Virus record (IMG/VR): IMGVR_UViG_3300004241_000041
Span: 1-29,637 of that record
Length of the DNA stretch: 29,637 nt
Source of the DNA: a virus
Taxonomy: Duplodnaviria; Caudoviricetes
Direction: 5' to 3' (one strand)
The notes under the pieces were generated by a model. The model searched no databases, was not told the origin of the DNA, and saw nothing but the letters and a program-made list of their open reading frames with translations. The first letter of the stretch is position 1. Each line of letters starts with the position of its first letter. The position numbers were made by a program, and so were the translations under genes. Below, in pieces: positions 1 to 7,687 of this stretch.

Positions 1-350
1 TCTATTCCAGCATTTCCTATATGTAAATCCGAAAGGAAAGCTATAGCTACTGGTTTGTCAGTATCAATTTTAATTTCTACATGGCGTTTTTCTCCTTCTA
101 CCTTTTCCCTAAACTCTGCTCTTCTTAAAGCCTCTTCGTGAAAATCATCAAAGGAAACATTTGCTGGCATTGAACCCTCTTCTATCTGTATTCTGGCTTT
201 CTCTAACGTATCTTTCTCTATCTCACGCACGGACTTGAAACTCTCTTCTCTCTCACTCGTGTACAATCCTGGATCTTTATCGTTCATGTGATTTATTATA
301 GTAATTTTAGGAGTTTCCTTCCGTTCCAATTCCTTCCGTTTTTGGGGCAT
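1..350 (-). CDS. Metallophosphoesterase (calcineurin-like), N-terminal part; truncated by window edge
   Basis: Not in the ORF track. Hand translation from ATG at 350 (alternative ATG at 287) is open to the window edge: MPQKRKELERKE...KPVAIAFLSDLHIGNAGI. SDLHIG is the first DxH metal-binding motif of metallophosphoesterases. Confidence 0.7.
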   Translation of the reverse strand, partial: MPQKRKELERKETPKITIINHMNDKDPGLYTSEREESFKSVREIEKDTLEKARIQIEEGSMPANVSFDDFHEEALRRAEFREKVEGEKRHVEIKIDTDKPVAIAFLSDLHIGNAGI

Positions 351-455
351 TTTATTCTAACTAATTTTATATTACGACCAAGGAGTCCTATTCTGTAATA
401 TAGTCATTCATTTGCAGACAGTATTAACTGCATATAGAGGATATCCTCAGTCTTG

Positions 456-519
456 AAACAAACTAAAGAGGGGGTATCATATATGACGGAGAAAGACTCC
501 AGACAGATGAAACCCCCTC
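456..519 (-). terminator. Probable intrinsic terminator
   Basis: GAGGGGGTATCAT (468-480) pairs with ATGAAACCCCCTC (507-519) with one mismatch, enclosing an inner GGAG/CTCC stem. On the minus strand it is followed by TTTAGTTTGTTT and lies just past the stop at 528. Confidence 0.6.
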
Positions 520-527
520 AATAGGCA

Positions 528-863
528 CTACACATTGCGTAAAACGCTAAAAGCTAAATCTGTAACCCTATCCCCCACTCGAACTATTGCTCGGTGTATG
601 CAGTGTTCTGCTTTAGGTAGTGTAATGAGGTTGTCCCCAATTATTGTTCCTACCTCTCCAGTTAGGGTTATTCTTACTTGCCGATACTTACGGTTGTCCC
701 CCCAGAATACATAACATAACGGATATCGTTTCCCCTCAAATGGAATACCGTGTATTGCTATGTCTAATTCTTCTTTAGATAAACCTGCGTAGGTTTTCAA
801 CTCGGCTAGATATCTATAATCCCTGTTTCTCCACTTCTTGTTCGCTTTCGGCTTCATCTTCAT
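528..863 (-). CDS. Hypothetical basic protein (~111 aa)
   Basis: ORF track gives 528..908. The ATG at 863 (MKMKPK...) is preferred because it reduces overlap with the upstream Cys-rich ORF. Confidence 0.55.
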   Translation of the reverse strand: MKMKPKANKKWRNRDYRYLAELKTYAGLSKEELDIAIHGIPFEGKRYPLCYVFWGDNRKYRQVRITLTGEVGTIIGDNLITLPKAEHCIHRAIVRVGDRVTDLAFSVLRNV

Positions 864-1005
864 GATATTCCTCCATGGGAACAAGTTGAATTGGGTGTGT
901 TCGCACACACTTCCGACAGGCTATGACTTCCATATCCATACCGACAATCCTACACTTGTAGGTCTTGGCAAACTTACCGCAAAAGTTACAAATAGCTTGT
1001 ACCAT
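814..1005 (-). CDS. Small zinc-finger-like protein with acidic tail
   Basis: CNFC...CRKC (two CxxC pairs) and an acidic C-terminus. GAGGTG lies shortly upstream of the ATG. Confidence 0.55.
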   Translation of the reverse strand: MVQAICNFCGKFAKTYKCRIVGMDMEVIACRKCVRTHPIQLVPMEEYHEDEAESEQEVEKQGL

Positions 1006-1092
1006 GTAGCACCTCTTTCTGCTCTTAAAGAGCTATAGCTTAAAAGCTAATTGGTGATGGATATCGGAAAGTTTACCCACCACTGTCAGCCT

Positions 1093-1449
1093 TTACTTTC
1101 TTATAATCTTTTCAACAAGTTCCAATTTTTGATCTATTGCAGGGAAGAGTTTAACAATCATTGTATAAACTGTATTAACCATTCCTAACACTACAATATA
1201 GTTTGTCATAAGTGTTATTAAGAACTCTTTAACAGCAGCCCATGAGAATGCTGTCCATGTATAGTTGAAACATATAACTAGCAATGCTACACCCATGGCA
1301 AGCACGAGTATTACTACTTTCTTTTGGGCGTTTGTAATTTCTTTCTTAGTTGCTTTAGCTATCCAACCGAATATAACAGGTATCAATGCAGGAGCAATGA
1401 AACCAATCAATCCTGAAATAATTGTATTATCTGTGATGAAGTCAGTCAT
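1093..1449 (-). CDS. Putative holin
   Basis: 118 aa with three hydrophobic segments and a charged C-terminus, downstream of the endolysin. Confidence 0.65.
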   Translation of the reverse strand: MTDFITDNTIISGLIGFIAPALIPVIFGWIAKATKKEITNAQKKVVILVLAMGVALLVICFNYTWTAFSWAAVKEFLITLMTNYIVVLGMVNTVYTMIVKLFPAIDQKLELVEKIIRK

Positions 1450-1454
1450 TTTAT

Positions 1455-1634
1455 TTACATAATCAATTTAATTAAAACTATCAAACCTAGAAATCCCATT
1501 GAGAAAAACATCACAAAGTAATTCACAATAGAATCTTCGGCTTTCTCCCTTTTCTGTAACTCACCACTTTGTGGGTTTCTCCTTTCCCACCTCACAAGTA
1601 ATCCCTTTAACATATCATCAAAGGATTTACGCAT
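1455..1634 (-). CDS. Small single-pass membrane protein (59 aa) in the lysis cassette
   Basis: Not in the ORF track. MRKSFDDMLKGLLVRWERRNPQSGELQKREKAEDSIVNYFVMFFSMGFLGLIVLIKLIM fills the gap between endolysin and holin and has a C-terminal TM segment. Confidence 0.6.
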   Translation of the reverse strand: MRKSFDDMLKGLLVRWERRNPQSGELQKREKAEDSIVNYFVMFFSMGFLGLIVLIKLIM

Positions 1635-1652
1635 AACTTAAACCTTAATAAC

Positions 1653-2360
1653 TTAGTCCGATTTGAATATTCTCTGGAGTAAATCGGTAAAGAACTGGAT
1701 TAAAATTTCTAAAAATGTCTTAGGCTTTGTAGCCTCTTCTGGCGTGTCCGTTTCTACAGGTGGTGTACTTGGGGGTGTTACAGGTTCATCAGACATTACA
1801 GGGGGTGTAGGAGGCTCAGGGATAGGTTCTGGTTCGGGAGTAGGAGGTACAATTACAGGAGGAACAACAACAGGTACAGGTTGATTAGTAATAAAATCTA
1901 GATCTTGGTGTTTACTCCAATCAAATTGTCCATTAATAAACCATTCACTGGCAATATCTAGGTAACTTGTAGTTATGGGAATATTTCTATCTAAGTAATC
2001 CATAACTCTAGGGGCTGGTTTGTGCATATCCCTCCACTTTAATCCGAAATGTAAATGAGGACTTGTAATTGATTTTATCTGTCCTAGTTCTTGCCCAATC
2101 ACAACTCTTTGTCCTTTTGTAACCTTTGGTCTATCCGTATGAACATAAAGAACTCTGAAGTTACAACCGTCAGGAATCAAAGAAAGATAATCGGTATAGA
2201 TACCCTCAATCACACCATTTGCTACGGCATGGTATTTCTCATTCGCGAACATTCGGATATCTATTGCACATTGTGTATCTGGCAACGCAGTCTTCTCACC
2301 GTGATATGTTTGTGTGATTAAAATCTTTCCATTACCTGTTGGGTCGCCAAGTTTGTTCAT
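1653..2360 (-). CDS. Endolysin, M23-family metallopeptidase with Pro-rich linker and amphipathic C-terminal helix
   Basis: M23-type motifs H...AIDI, YVH, VTKGQRV..GQELG and PHLHF. Located among small membrane-protein genes after the tail module. Confidence 0.8.
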   Translation of the reverse strand: MNKLGDPTGNGKILITQTYHGEKTALPDTQCAIDIRMFANEKYHAVANGVIEGIYTDYLSLIPDGCNFRVLYVHTDRPKVTKGQRVVIGQELGQIKSITSPHLHFGLKWRDMHKPAPRVMDYLDRNIPITTSYLDIASEWFINGQFDWSKHQDLDFITNQPVPVVVPPVIVPPTPEPEPIPEPPTPPVMSDEPVTPPSTPPVETDTPEEATKPKTFLEILIQFFTDLLQRIFKSD

Positions 2361-2398
2361 ATCCCTATTTTACTATTAAAGAAATTAATCTCAATGTC

Positions 2399-2695
2399 TT
2401 ATAGTTGTCGTGAGGAAAGTACGATTGCTATTATTGCTCCTATAAATCCAACAACACTTAGGATAGTATCTACAAATGACTTTGTTTTATTCTTCCATAC
2501 TTTATTCTCATTATACCATCTCCACATCTTCATATGTTCACCATACATACCATCATCTCCTTCTATCTCTGGATCGCCGTACAATTTCAAGAGAACTTTA
2601 TCCAACTTACTATTCATATCTTCCATTGTCCTGTTTAGACAATCCCATTCCTTTCTTGATAACTGTATTGCGTTTTTATCATCTCCTAGTGGCAT
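2399..2695 (-). CDS. Small membrane protein (coiled coil, LYG motif, C-terminal TM); lysis-associated candidate
   Basis: 98 aa with C-terminal hydrophobic ILSVVGFIGAIIAIVL, immediately upstream of the endolysin. Confidence 0.6.
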   Translation of the reverse strand: MPLGDDKNAIQLSRKEWDCLNRTMEDMNSKLDKVLLKLYGDPEIEGDDGMYGEHMKMWRWYNENKVWKNKTKSFVDTILSVVGFIGAIIAIVLSSRQL

Positions 2696-2955
2696 TATAA
2701 TATTTCTTTTAATTCAGATACATCAGGCAACTGACTTTGAAAAATACATTGTAACAATATACCAACAACTGCTAGGGTTATCAGAATGAACCCAATAACT
2801 ATAAGGGTTGTAAGTTTGCCCTGTAATGATTCGGCATCTATCTTAGATATTATCCTCGATACGATATCTTTTCCATTGCTCCCATACAAAGTATCTTCAA
2901 TTCTGCCTATCTTTTTGTTCATCTCTTCAACAGTACATTCAGGCTTCTCGTTCAT
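2695..2955 (-). CDS. Small membrane protein (coiled coil, LYG motif, TM); probable paralogue of 2399..2695
   Basis: 86 aa with TM LIVIGFILITLAVVGILL. TAATG stop/start overlap with the next gene. Confidence 0.6.
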   Translation of the reverse strand: MNEKPECTVEEMNKKIGRIEDTLYGSNGKDIVSRIISKIDAESLQGKLTTLIVIGFILITLAVVGILLQCIFQSQLPDVSELKEIL

Positions 2956-2959
2956 GCGT

Positions 2960-3049
2960 CTATCGTTTTATTTTAACTGGTGTCTTTGTTACCTTTACAG
3001 GTGTTTTCCTTATAGGTACTTTTTTAATTATTGTTTTAACTTTTCCCAT
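2960..3049 (-). CDS. Very basic 29-aa peptide with repeated KTPVK
   Basis: Not in the ORF track. MGKVKTIIKKVPIRKTPVKVTKTPVKIKR fills the intergenic gap, with an extended -10-like element 6 nt upstream of the ATG. Confidence 0.5.
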   Translation of the reverse strand: MGKVKTIIKKVPIRKTPVKVTKTPVKIKR

Positions 3050-3055
3050 GTTTAT

Positions 3056-3064
3056 AGTATATCA
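3056..3064 (-). promoter_or_regulatory. Extended -10 promoter candidate (TGATATACT) for the lysis cassette
   Basis: TGnTAnnnT match in a short intergenic gap, 6 nt before ATG 3049. Confidence 0.4.
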
Positions 3065-3070
3065 AAGTTG

Positions 3071-3733
3071 TTAAGTTGAATATGGATACCAGCCACTCAC
3101 CCCAAAATATTCATTGTTTGTAAACAACGCTACGCCACTAACATTGAACGTTCTTACAGTACTAACACCCTCCTCAAATATTACCCATCCGTTCACTGCG
3201 GTAGACATATTCAATGCTACTCCGCTTGTATATCCCTTAAACGAGGTTGGAAATTGTCCAGCAGTGAAAGTCAGTGTAAATTGCCCCGTGCCGCCCGATG
3301 TTGCGTTTGCACGTCCAAAAACATATATATAGCACATTTTACCGACTATCTTGAACGTCGCTGTAGCTGATGGTTGGTTGGCAAACGCCGTCCCCGAGGT
3401 TGTCCATGTTGGGGCTGTGAGGGTAAACACATCAGGGAATCCTACAGGACTTGACTCATGACTGAGATAGTTTAGCGTTATTGGATATGTAGCCGTGTTT
3501 TCTACCGTATATACATTTCCAGCACATACGGTTAGTAGTGTGTCTGCGACAACAGTTATATAGAAGTATTTTATAGTACCATGCTGTGAAAATCTTATTT
3601 TGTCCCCGACTGAGTATTTACTTGCAGCACCAGTTGGCACGGTAATCGTGTAGGCACTTGCGTATGTCCAACTCTGATTGGCTTCTACCCAACCCTTTCG
3701 TAGATATTCTTGTACTGTTTCTAGCATCACCAT
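3071..3733 (-). CDS. Tail fibre / receptor-binding protein
   Basis: Last gene of the tail module; Thr/Gly/aromatic-rich beta composition; C-terminal region (ATFKIVGKMCYIYV...SGWY) resembles fibre tip domains. Confidence 0.6.
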   Translation of the reverse strand: MVMLETVQEYLRKGWVEANQSWTYASAYTITVPTGAASKYSVGDKIRFSQHGTIKYFYITVVADTLLTVCAGNVYTVENTATYPITLNYLSHESSPVGFPDVFTLTAPTWTTSGTAFANQPSATATFKIVGKMCYIYVFGRANATSGGTGQFTLTFTAGQFPTSFKGYTSGVALNMSTAVNGWVIFEEGVSTVRTFNVSGVALFTNNEYFGVSGWYPYST

Positions 3734-4887
3734 TATGTTACTGCCGATGAAGTTATATTAGCTGGTCTATCACTATATATTGTAGTATCTAACTTTCTCC
3801 TTAGATTGGTTAGACTTCTACCTGTTATCTCTCTTAAATCAGATACATAAACTATAGCCTTTTCTGGGGTGTATTGTACTGAGGTTATAACCATATTGTC
3901 TCCAACAACGCTACTATCTTCTAGGTTTAATATCTTACAAGTGTCTCCTGGTTCAATACTTTCTATGTCGTAACCATCTCCAAGATTGTTATCCTTAACC
4001 TCAAACTTCATAGAAATGTTAGGAGATTTATAAGCATTTATATAAGTGCTACCGAACTCGTTAGCAGAAGCTGAATCAGTTACCCTCCCGTCAGTCATGT
4101 TCTCAAATCTATGCCAATAACTTGTAATTGAGTCTGTATTATAATATCTAGTTGATAAGAAATTAGTATCATCAGGTTGTAATCCATTCCAGAATATAAG
4201 CTCGTTTTTAATGTCATCAACACTCTTGGAAGTTTCTAAGCTACTGACATCTTTACCGAACACAAAGTAATGGTTTGGAGTTGCAGAATAAGCATCAAAG
4301 TAAAACACATTGTTAGCATCTACATACCAGAACCAATCCTCACCCGCCATTTCCCTTGCCCTCTCAATAGTTTCTAAACAACTTTTAACATTACTCGTAT
4401 ATGAGATATCCGTACCTGTTACATTTACTGTAGAAGTTCCATAGTTAATCCTGTCATCGGCTACAGTAGTTCTATAATCATCAATAACATCCTTGACCAG
4501 TTCTCCTGGTGTTAAAGAATTCCTAGCTATAGATACGTTTGTACCGTCCCAATCTAGTGTGTATCCAAGCCTTGTAACATATCCCAACACTCGTAGTTTA
4601 ATTCCTTGGCTTGAGCCATTTATATATCCTGTAATCTCTGCTACATAACCAGAGTATATTTTAGTTCCTGAAGAATCTTTATCCTGTACCCATATCTGAA
4701 TTTCGTCGAGTAGATTGATATCGTTTGCCACATTATAAGTATCAAACTTTCTAGCTAAGTCTATAGTCAATTCTCCAACGCCACTGTTAATCATTTTAGT
4801 GAATGAGTAGCCACCAATTGGATCGTAGTTACCTCTAAAGGTAGTACCTGCTCTATCGTATATTTTTACTGAATACTTTTTCTCCAT
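3733..4887 (-). CDS. Tail hub / Tal-like baseplate protein
   Basis: Position after the Dit-like genes; hub-like pattern (INSGVGELTIDL, WFWYVDANNVFYF, IEPGDTCKI, VITSVQY). Confidence 0.65.
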   Translation of the reverse strand: MEKKYSVKIYDRAGTTFRGNYDPIGGYSFTKMINSGVGELTIDLARKFDTYNVANDINLLDEIQIWVQDKDSSGTKIYSGYVAEITGYINGSSQGIKLRVLGYVTRLGYTLDWDGTNVSIARNSLTPGELVKDVIDDYRTTVADDRINYGTSTVNVTGTDISYTSNVKSCLETIERAREMAGEDWFWYVDANNVFYFDAYSATPNHYFVFGKDVSSLETSKSVDDIKNELIFWNGLQPDDTNFLSTRYYNTDSITSYWHRFENMTDGRVTDSASANEFGSTYINAYKSPNISMKFEVKDNNLGDGYDIESIEPGDTCKILNLEDSSVVGDNMVITSVQYTPEKAIVYVSDLREITGRSLTNLRRKLDTTIYSDRPANITSSAVT

Positions 4888-6416
4888 TATAGATATCTCT
4901 TTTTATAATCTACCGTAATATCATAACTTACTGTTAGGCTTGGCTGTATAGTTACAAGGAACGCTGCACAACCTGTTATGGCAGCACTCCAATGTGCTGT
5001 GTTGTCTACAGAGTACTTGGTATCTCCATAAGTTCCTCCTGTATCGTATGCCCAATATTGGTGTCTTGTTCCTATTGAGTATGGAGTATCTAACACAATC
5101 CAGTATGCTGTAGTAGCAGAAAGTGCTTGGTTAAAAGTAAAATCATACCATACATAATTTGAGCCTGTTACAGTCTTTGTAGCAGTAGCAAGTAGTGCAT
5201 CAGGTGCAGTAGAGGCATTGCTATAAACCTTGACTGTCGCCGTACTAGAAGCCCCTAGAATCTCTTTTAATGGGAGACTTACCTTAGTTAAAGTACCCGC
5301 ACTCACCGAAGTAACTGAGGTTGCCCATTGTGTAATAATTGTCTTGGTTGTGAAAGTGTACTCCGTTCCGTATACAGTACCATTAGCATTGATTGCGTAT
5401 GCCCTCCAGTAGTATAAAGTGGCTGCTGTTAATCCCGTTATATTACCTGTGAACGCACCTGTGCCAGTTCCAGCAGTTATCTTGCTATCACTTGTTGTTG
5501 GGGCGGTAGAAGTATCATAGACAATTCCCCTTTCTGTTACTGTAGCACCACCATCACTGACAACTGTACCTGTTGCCGTCGCTGTAGTAGAGGCTATATT
5601 GCTAGAACTCCCACTTGTTACAGTAGGTGTAGTACTTGCAGTTGTGAACGATATCTCAGCACCGTATCCATCTCCAGCCTGATTAGTACCCCATGCTCTA
5701 ACATAATAGGTTGTGTTTGGTGTGAGTCCTGTTATCGCTTGACTAAACGCACCTGTGCCACTACCTATCGTTACTGTAGGTTCAATGTTTTTTCTTGGTG
5801 GTGAATATGTACTTGAATATGTAACACCGTTAGCACTTACCGTACCTCCACCTGCGTTAGTTACGTTTCCTCCAAGAGTTGCACCTGTTGCTGTTATGCT
5901 CGAAGCTGCCGCACTTGTTACCGTAGGAACTACCACTCCAACTGTCCCGTATGCTTGGAATGTCCAATCTCCTGATAATGAAGTCCATGAAGAACCACTA
6001 CTGTTTGACCAGAACGAGTCTCCACCAGCAAAGCCAGAACTGTTATCGTGTCCCCATGCTACACCATTGCTCGTAGAAGAAGAGCCATTTGCATAGGCTA
6101 CGATTGCATATTTTGCTCCTGGAGTAACTGTTGTATTGGCTATATCAAACGTATACCAGTTATATGAAGTTGCAATTGATCCACCAGCCATAGTTGCACT
6201 TGCCAAAGCACTCCCTGTTGGTACACCTCCAGAAGTAGCATATAGATATACATAATAAGTTCCAGAGTATGAACCACCATTTTTAAGATACAAGTTAAAG
6301 TACTCAAGAGTATCGTAACCGTAAGGCATTGTGAAAGTCTGACAACTCCTAGAGGTATTTGTGTAATAGTTTAATCCTCCAGAGTTTGTTGTTTGTTCTG
6401 CTAATAGTGTACTCAT
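4887..6416 (-). CDS. Tail-associated adhesin-like protein: two beta-sandwich domains flanking two FN3-like repeats, ending in a Dit-type terminal strand
   Basis: Two repeats PTVTS...GTGAF...ITGLT..T.YY.RA...N..G..YG.E..FTT. Two related outer domains (P...LA.AT...Y.WY.F......T.Y.IV). C-terminus YDITVDYKKRYL. Confidence 0.65.
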   Translation of the reverse strand: MSTLLAEQTTNSGGLNYYTNTSRSCQTFTMPYGYDTLEYFNLYLKNGGSYSGTYYVYLYATSGGVPTGSALASATMAGGSIATSYNWYTFDIANTTVTPGAKYAIVAYANGSSSTSNGVAWGHDNSSGFAGGDSFWSNSSGSSWTSLSGDWTFQAYGTVGVVVPTVTSAAASSITATGATLGGNVTNAGGGTVSANGVTYSSTYSPPRKNIEPTVTIGSGTGAFSQAITGLTPNTTYYVRAWGTNQAGDGYGAEISFTTASTTPTVTSGSSSNIASTTATATGTVVSDGGATVTERGIVYDTSTAPTTSDSKITAGTGTGAFTGNITGLTAATLYYWRAYAINANGTVYGTEYTFTTKTIITQWATSVTSVSAGTLTKVSLPLKEILGASSTATVKVYSNASTAPDALLATATKTVTGSNYVWYDFTFNQALSATTAYWIVLDTPYSIGTRHQYWAYDTGGTYGDTKYSVDNTAHWSAAITGCAAFLVTIQPSLTVSYDITVDYKKRYL

Positions 6417-7687
6417 TAGACTTCTCCTGTTAAATTAGAATTATATGTAAGTTCATCAATAGTCTCTAAGGTTGTTGTAGATACTGCTACCTGTAATATA
6501 TTTTCCCCTAACCCAAACCTTGGCAGAACATCATTATAATCAACAGCTAAGCCGTTTGCAGTTATACTTCTATTCTTTGTGTCAATTACAAGTTTATCTC
6601 CTGCCACATAAGTCCTTGTTATATCAACGCTATCCCCAGTTGTTGTGTTTGCTAATTCAATAGAACTCACATTTGTCGCCGCATCTATATTCATTGAGAT
6701 TACGGGAAGTGGTGTGTGGCTACCATCAAAAGTAACTGTTGCGGAAGTTGAGGCAGCAGTCTGATTAGACAAACCTAACACATTATAATCTCCTGTGGAT
6801 TCTGCTACGCCTTCATAAGCTAGTATTGATAGAGAACAATTGGCTCTACTGATATCATAATGGTTATCGCTTACCGTTAATTCTGCTGTATACGATTTAT
6901 AATTTCTAGTTCTACTTTCCTGTTGGAATAACATACCTCCGAATCTAAAGTCGCTTCTATCAGTCATTAATGCTCCATAGTTTACTGTTAGATATACATA
7001 AGCACCAAAGGAATATGGATCAACTACGCCAGTCATTGTACAATCACTTATAGATAGACTTATAAAATTCCAACCTGCCTCAAATGCTGTCTCATCATAT
7101 TGTGTTGTAGCTATTGCTGTGTAGTAATTAGATACATCATTTCCCGCTCTTATTGTAATACCTGTAACACCTGCTGTTTGTGGCAAGTATACCCAAGCCT
7201 CTAACGCACCATCGGTTATATAATCTGATATATTACTTGTTGTTCCTGATAGAGTATATAAACCACTGTATCCCGCTGCTACGCTTACATCACTATCAAA
7301 TTTAATACTACCACTACCACTCTGGAACGAAGTTGTATCAAAGGTGAGTCCAGTTGTATCTCCTAGTATCTGAAAGCCTGAAGCATCTGCTAAAGGTGTG
7401 AAGTCGTACCAGTTAGGACTTACTCTTAGATATCTATCCTCTTTAGAAAGTGCAAGTGAATATTCTTTAATCACATCTTCTAACGAGAGGGTATCTGTAG
7501 CTTTAACAACACCACTGAATGCTATTTGTTTATCATTTACTTTCTTATCAACTACAGTACTACCAGAGAATCTAGCATTAGATATCTTCTGTATAACACT
7601 TGCGTTTCCCCTTAAACTTGGAGTACTTGTAAGTATCATTTTAGAATTGTTTAAGTTTTGATATCCGTATAGGACTAGGTTTGTCAT
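6416..7687 (-). CDS. Distal tail protein (Dit-like) with inserted carbohydrate-binding-like domain
   Basis: Directly after the tape measure. Dit-like C-terminal part (FDGSHTPLPVI, GDKLVIDTKNRSITANG, LPRFGLGENILQV) with a ~165-aa aromatic-rich insert. Confidence 0.7.
   Translation of the reverse strand: MTNLVLYGYQNLNNSKMILTSTPSLRGNASVIQKISNARFSGSTVVDKKVNDKQIAFSGVVKATDTLSLEDVIKEYSLALSKEDRYLRVSPNWYDFTPLADASGFQILGDTTGLTFDTTSFQSGSGSIKFDSDVSVAAGYSGLYTLSGTTSNISDYITDGALEAWVYLPQTAGVTGITIRAGNDVSNYYTAIATTQYDETAFEAGWNFISLSISDCTMTGVVDPYSFGAYVYLTVNYGALMTDRSDFRFGGMLFQQESRTRNYKSYTAELTVSDNHYDISRANCSLSILAYEGVAESTGDYNVLGLSNQTAASTSATVTFDGSHTPLPVISMNIDAATNVSSIELANTTTGDSVDITRTYVAGDKLVIDTKNRSITANGLAVDYNDVLPRFGLGENILQVAVSTTTLETIDELTYNSNLTGEV

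Noticed and set aside
315-340. 11-bp direct repeat TTCCTTCCGTT as a regulatory site
   Set aside because: Falls inside the probable N-terminus of the metallophosphoesterase (RKE-LE-RKE), so coding sequence explains it.
1455-1634. Possible frameshift between two short ORFs in the endolysin-holin gap
   Set aside because: Recounting shows ATG 1634 and TAA 1455 are in one frame (180 nt): a single 59-aa ORF just below the track cutoff.
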